From assembly GCF_009914755.1 (NCBI RefSeq), contig NC_060948.1: DNA of 64,000 nt. One strand, 5' to 3'. The stretch comes from the human T2T-CHM13v2.0 reference genome, Homo sapiens. Below the pieces are notes generated by a model, which was not told the DNA's origin, made no database searches, and worked only from the letters and a program-made list of their open reading frames with translations. Below are positions 56,501 to 64,000 of the stretch, one piece after another; positions within the stretch are counted from its first letter, which is position 1, and the number at the start of each line of letters is the position of its first letter. A program made the translations under genes and the position numbers.

Positions 56501-58564
56501 TCACCTTAATAAACCCTCCTGAACCTTTTTCGGTCTCTCCAGTCTTTGATTGTCCCGCAACATTTCCTGCAATAAAATAACTGAGCTTCCTACCCTACCA
56601 ATTCTGACACATAAAATTAACCATTTCAAAATAAATTTTTAAGGCAAGTTTTAAGTTTAATCTTCAAATACTTTCAGGAAGGACAGTCTCTGTTTTAGAC
56701 TGAATGGTAGCTTTTTGTTCCTTGTAGCCATTTGTATTGAGTACCCGGTTTGGCCACATCTAACTTTTTCAGGCTCAAGGGATAAAACAGAATAGAAACA
56801 GCCTAATTCCCTATTTTACCCAGCTGATTAAATAAAAAGTAAAGGAAATAATTTAGAATATATAATATTAGATTATGTTTTGATACGGACCTTACAGAAA
56901 AATTTATGAGAGAAGAGGGTAGAGAATGCTGGAGACAATAGCAAAGAGTTACATTATGAACAGAAAGATAATAAAAAGCTGATATCCTTGAGATTGTGAT
57001 ATTTGATGAAACTCCTGGAGGAGGATCTGAGAGAATAATGAAGATACAGTCGCCCTTTGTATCTATGGGTTCCCACATGGGTGAATTTATCCAACCATTA
57101 ATCAAAACTATAAGGAAAAAATATATAATAATACAACAATACAAATAATACTTATTTTTAAAAGAGCATAACTTATTTTGAGGAGCTAACTTTTGTATGA
57201 TAATCAGGACACAGCTATAAGAGAAATCAAGAGGAAATCAAAAGGAAAAGCTGGTAGATTGTACAAACTGCCTGTATCACACAAATTTCTTATTTTCCTC
57301 ACTCAATTCCTACTGATCAAAAACAAAAGAAAACTGAAATGTTAGTCCAGCATTGTTCAACCTTCATTTTAGAAGGTTTATTAACAGGATATATTCCCTA
57401 ACTTTGAAAACACAATGTCCAGTGAAAGAATTAAGACACTAAAGGTCACATACTATAGTATTCCATGTGTATAAACTGTCTATAATATGTTAATCCATAC
57501 ACATAGAAAACAGATTGGTGGTAAGTTATCCAGGGTTAAGAGAAGGGAAGTGACTGGTTAACTTACTGCTGCCACCCACATTGAACACACAGGCAGACAG
57601 ATTCACATCTTACCATAGTATCACAACTTACCAGAGCAAAAGGCAGTGAACAGAAACTGCTGCTGGAACCACTAAGAGAAAAACCTAAACTGTAACTGAA
57701 AAACTGATGGATGCTCAGTTTTTGAGAGTTAGAAGCTTCAGGGAGGCCAAGCCTTAGGGAATCTCCATATTTTTATAAGTTTTACCTCCAGAAGCCCTAA
57801 TAGGATCTTACAGTAAAGACTAGAAAACACACCTCTACAACTTCTAACAGGAGAAGAGGCAAAGTAAACATTCTGAAATGTTTCCTGAGCATCCGTTCTT
57901 AAAAAGGCATGACTCAGGGAAATTACTGTATTATTTGGCCAGAGCCTAACACAGCTAGGGTTTTACTATAACCTAAACAACACGACAGACAGAAAATACT
58001 CAATGCCAAGCCTCTCTAGCCTTCCTGCTTGTTTAATGGGGAATAAAAAGCTGACCAGCACTTGTGAAGGAATCAGCCAAAAGGTAAAGTCTCATTAAAA
58101 GACAGGCAACTAATACAGAACACTTCCTTCCCACACACTTTATCACCTCATCACACTTTATCACATCAACAGAACACTTGCAAAATATGAGGGAATACAA
58201 GTGAAAGCATAATCCCACCCCCAAGTATCAATCCCTTATTCTGTAACCTGGCTGCTGCCTCCTTTGTCTGTGGTAAGGCAGCTGGCAGGTTTACTAAAAG
58301 CTTGCCTGAACTTGGGTCTTGCTCTCTCTCTTGTTTTTTCTCTCAGCTGACCTTACAGAAACCAACCACAGACCCAGAAAACTTAGGAGAATATCCAACA
58401 ATATAAATAACAAAAAATACTACAATACACATCTATATGTAAACTGTAAAAAAGCAAAGGCAATGAAAAAATTCTGAGAAAAATTAAGGAACAAAAAAAC
58501 ACCCCAGCTTAACTATGGAGGAGCCAAGTTAAGAATTACATCTGACTTCTCTTGTGAACATATG

Positions 58565-58920
58565 CACTAAAGGAATGAATATTTCTGCCCACCCTTACCG
58601 CCCAATTCCTATTTTGAAACTGAATCACCAAGGTGAAATTATTAGGAGACTGGGCTTTTGGGAGGGGATAAGATCATAAGGTGTACAGCCCTCATGAGTG
58701 AGATTAGTGTCCTTACAAAAGAGGCCTGAGAGACACTCCTTGCCCATTTCACCATGTGAGGACACAGCAAGAAAGTAACATAGATGAACCATCTCACAAG
58801 ACACCAAGTAGGCTAGCTCTTGATCTTGGACTTCTCAATCTCCAAAACTGTGAGAAATTTCTTTGTTATAAATCACCTAGTCCATAGTATTTTGTTATAG
58901 TGTTCTGAATGAACTAAGAC
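58565..58920 (+). mobile_element. MaLR solo LTR (MLT1A/MST-like)
   Basis: gccctcatgagtgagattagtgtccttac ... ttgatcttggacttc ... gaactaagac motifs. Confidence 0.65.
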
Positions 58921-59317
58921 TCCATGCAAAAGAGAGACTAGACAGAAATGTTTAAAGTATTGAAACAAAAACCCAAACTGGAATTTCAGCAAAATTACCA
59001 TTCAAAAACCAGGAAAAAATTTTTCTCAGACAAACAAAAACTTGGAGAGACTTCTGTAACTAGAACACATGGCTAATAGGAGAAACCATGAGAGATGAGG
59101 AAAGGAATGGGAGCTTTTTTACTTTTTGTGTAATTTTTCCTATATACCGAACACAGCTCTAAAAATTAAAGTATATTAGTCAATAAAAATAAACAAAGTT
59201 TCAAGAAATTTATATCTGTATATAAAAAGAAATTTATATCTGTATATAAAACCTTAATAGCTCTACTGTGCCATCAGATAAAGCAGGTCCTTCAGTGAGG
59301 CCTCACTTTCATTCTAC

Positions 59318-59764
59318 TAAGGGAGGAAACCACCCCTCATATTGTCTTATGCCCAATTTCTCCCTCCAAAGAAAGAAGAAGTAAAAACGCAGAAATGAAA
59401 TCCACAGGCAGACAGCCCGCACCCTGGGCCTAATTAAAGATCGACCCCTGACCTAACTGGTTATGTTATCCATAGATTCCAGACATTGTATGGAAAAGCA
59501 CTGTGAAAATCCCTGTCCTGTTCTGTTCCATTCTGATTACTGGTGCATACAGCCCCCTGTCATGTACCGCTGCTTGCTCAATCGATCACGACCCTCTCAC
59601 ATGGACCCTCTTAAAGTTGTGAGCCCTTAAAAGGGACAGGAATTGCTCACTTGGAGAGCTCGGTTGTTGGAGACATGAGTCTTGCCTAAGCTCTCAGCCG
59701 AATAAAGCCCTTCCTTCTTTAACTTGGGTGTCTGAGGGTTTTGTCTGTGGCTTGTCTTGCTACA
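59318..59764 (+). mobile_element. Solo LTR2 (HERV-E)
   Basis: Starts taagggaggaaaccacccctcatattgtc, AATAAA at 59701, ends gctaca, perfect 4-bp TSD ctac. Confidence 0.85.
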
Positions 59765-60144
59765 CTACCTCTTCATAAGCTATTCTCCAGCCACTCCTTA
59801 ACCTGCCCTTTCTCCTTGCAAATTCCTTCAATTATCTGGGTCTCTAATGTGCTGGCCCTCCCAAGGCACTTGCTCATGTCACATTGTATTACAATTCATG
59901 GTAATTTAAATTCTGCTAGTCCTTTCCTTCCACTAGAATAAATATTGAACAGCTTGCATGGTAGCGGTGTTCTCCAGGGAATATGTGCAAATATTACTTG
60001 AAGATACTTTCTAAAACATGTCATTATGTCTTATTGAAATAGCAATGAGATTTGGTGTAACTGTAAAGTAATAATTGTTTTTTCCCTTTTCCTCTGATTT
60101 CCATACTACCTAATGTAATTTATCTGTACACTAGCTTTAACTAC

Positions 60145-60460
60145 AACAGTCCCTCATATTCGTAGGGGATATATTCCTAGACCCTCACTGGATGCCTCAA
60201 ACTGTCAATAGTCCTGAATTCTCAATATTTTTTTTTTGATCTGATAACTGAGGGACAGCAACTAAGTGAATAAAGGGTAGGTAACGTGTACAGTGTTGAT
60301 ATGCTGAACAAAGAGATGATTCACATCCTGGTCAAATGGAGTGGAACAGGACAAGATTTCATGACACTACTCAGAATGGCATGCAATTTAAAATGTATGT
60401 ACTGTTTATTTCTGGAACTTTCCATTTAACAGTTGCCCCCAGGTAACTGAAACCACAAAG
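60145..60460. mobile_element. Tigger-derived MER fragment
   Basis: cactactcagaatggcatgcaatttaaaa...tttatttctggaa motif. Confidence 0.5.
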
Positions 60461-60528
60461 AAAGCAGTATCGTGAATTTATAATACTGTAAATAAACTTA
60501 CATGCACAGACTAAATTACCACGTAGTC

Positions 60529-63540
<3,012 letters not shown>

Positions 63541-63706
63541 TAATGATCCTGGTATCACTTAAAAGTTTTATACTCTTATCAATTACTTAAATTACTTTTT
63601 AAAGACAAAGCCATTCTTTAAATTTCTATCTTTTTAGAATGTACACAAACTAAATAAAGATAAACTACTATATAAGAGCCAAGAAAGCAGCTAGTCCTTT
63701 TTTTAC

Positions 63707-64000
63707 CTGAGCGGAGTTAGATAGCTGTTTTCTCCATGGCTCTTCTGTGCTGCTGTTCAGGTCTGTATGATTATGAGGTAGAGTGTGTGTATTTTGCTGC
63801 AGGTAAGGCACATTTCCATTACTTTCACTTCCTGCTATACAATTACTGCCTAGCAAGATAGTGTCTGTACTTCCTAGAATTTTTGATGTGCCACAAGGAA
63901 TACAGCCTGCAGAAAAAGCTCCACTGGACAAAAGTTTTTCAACACAAGCAGGGCGAACTCCAGGCTGAGAGACGCTAGATACTCTGGTCAGAGCACCATG
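63707..64000 (-). CDS. UTY: UTY coding exon (KDM6A exon 16 equivalent), 5' part outside the window
   Basis: Translates ...[35 protein letters not shown]; donor CAG|gtaaaa at 63706. Contains LPHNHTDL (63758-63781), the known HLA-B8 H-Y epitope of human UTY. Confidence 0.95.

Overview
Primate (almost certainly human) Y-chromosome genomic DNA from inside UTY (KDM6C), transcribed on the minus strand. Eleven coding exons (one cut by the window edge) splice in frame with GT-AG boundaries. They cover the end of the linker region and the whole JmjC domain, equivalent to KDM6A exons ~16-26. UTY rather than KDM6A is indicated by KSVKSPVPM (Pro where KDM6A has Ile) and the H-Y epitope LPHNHTDL. Two alternative 3' ends are visible: an Alu-derived 84-codon terminal exon and an intron read-through stop, each followed by AATAAA. 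The introns are packed with retroelements: about 30 Alus, L1s, an MST element, a MER4 provirus, a decayed HERV1/ERV3-like provirus, solo LTRs (PABL-like, LTR14-like, LTR2) and a full-length Tigger1. Repeat family names are recognised from memory, not from a database search. I found no prokaryotic-type system or new gene. The best leads are a 45-nt duplication of a JmjC-exon splice acceptor that would add 15 aa in frame, a candidate 29-nt poison micro-exon just before the HxE motif, and several templated-insertion repair scars.
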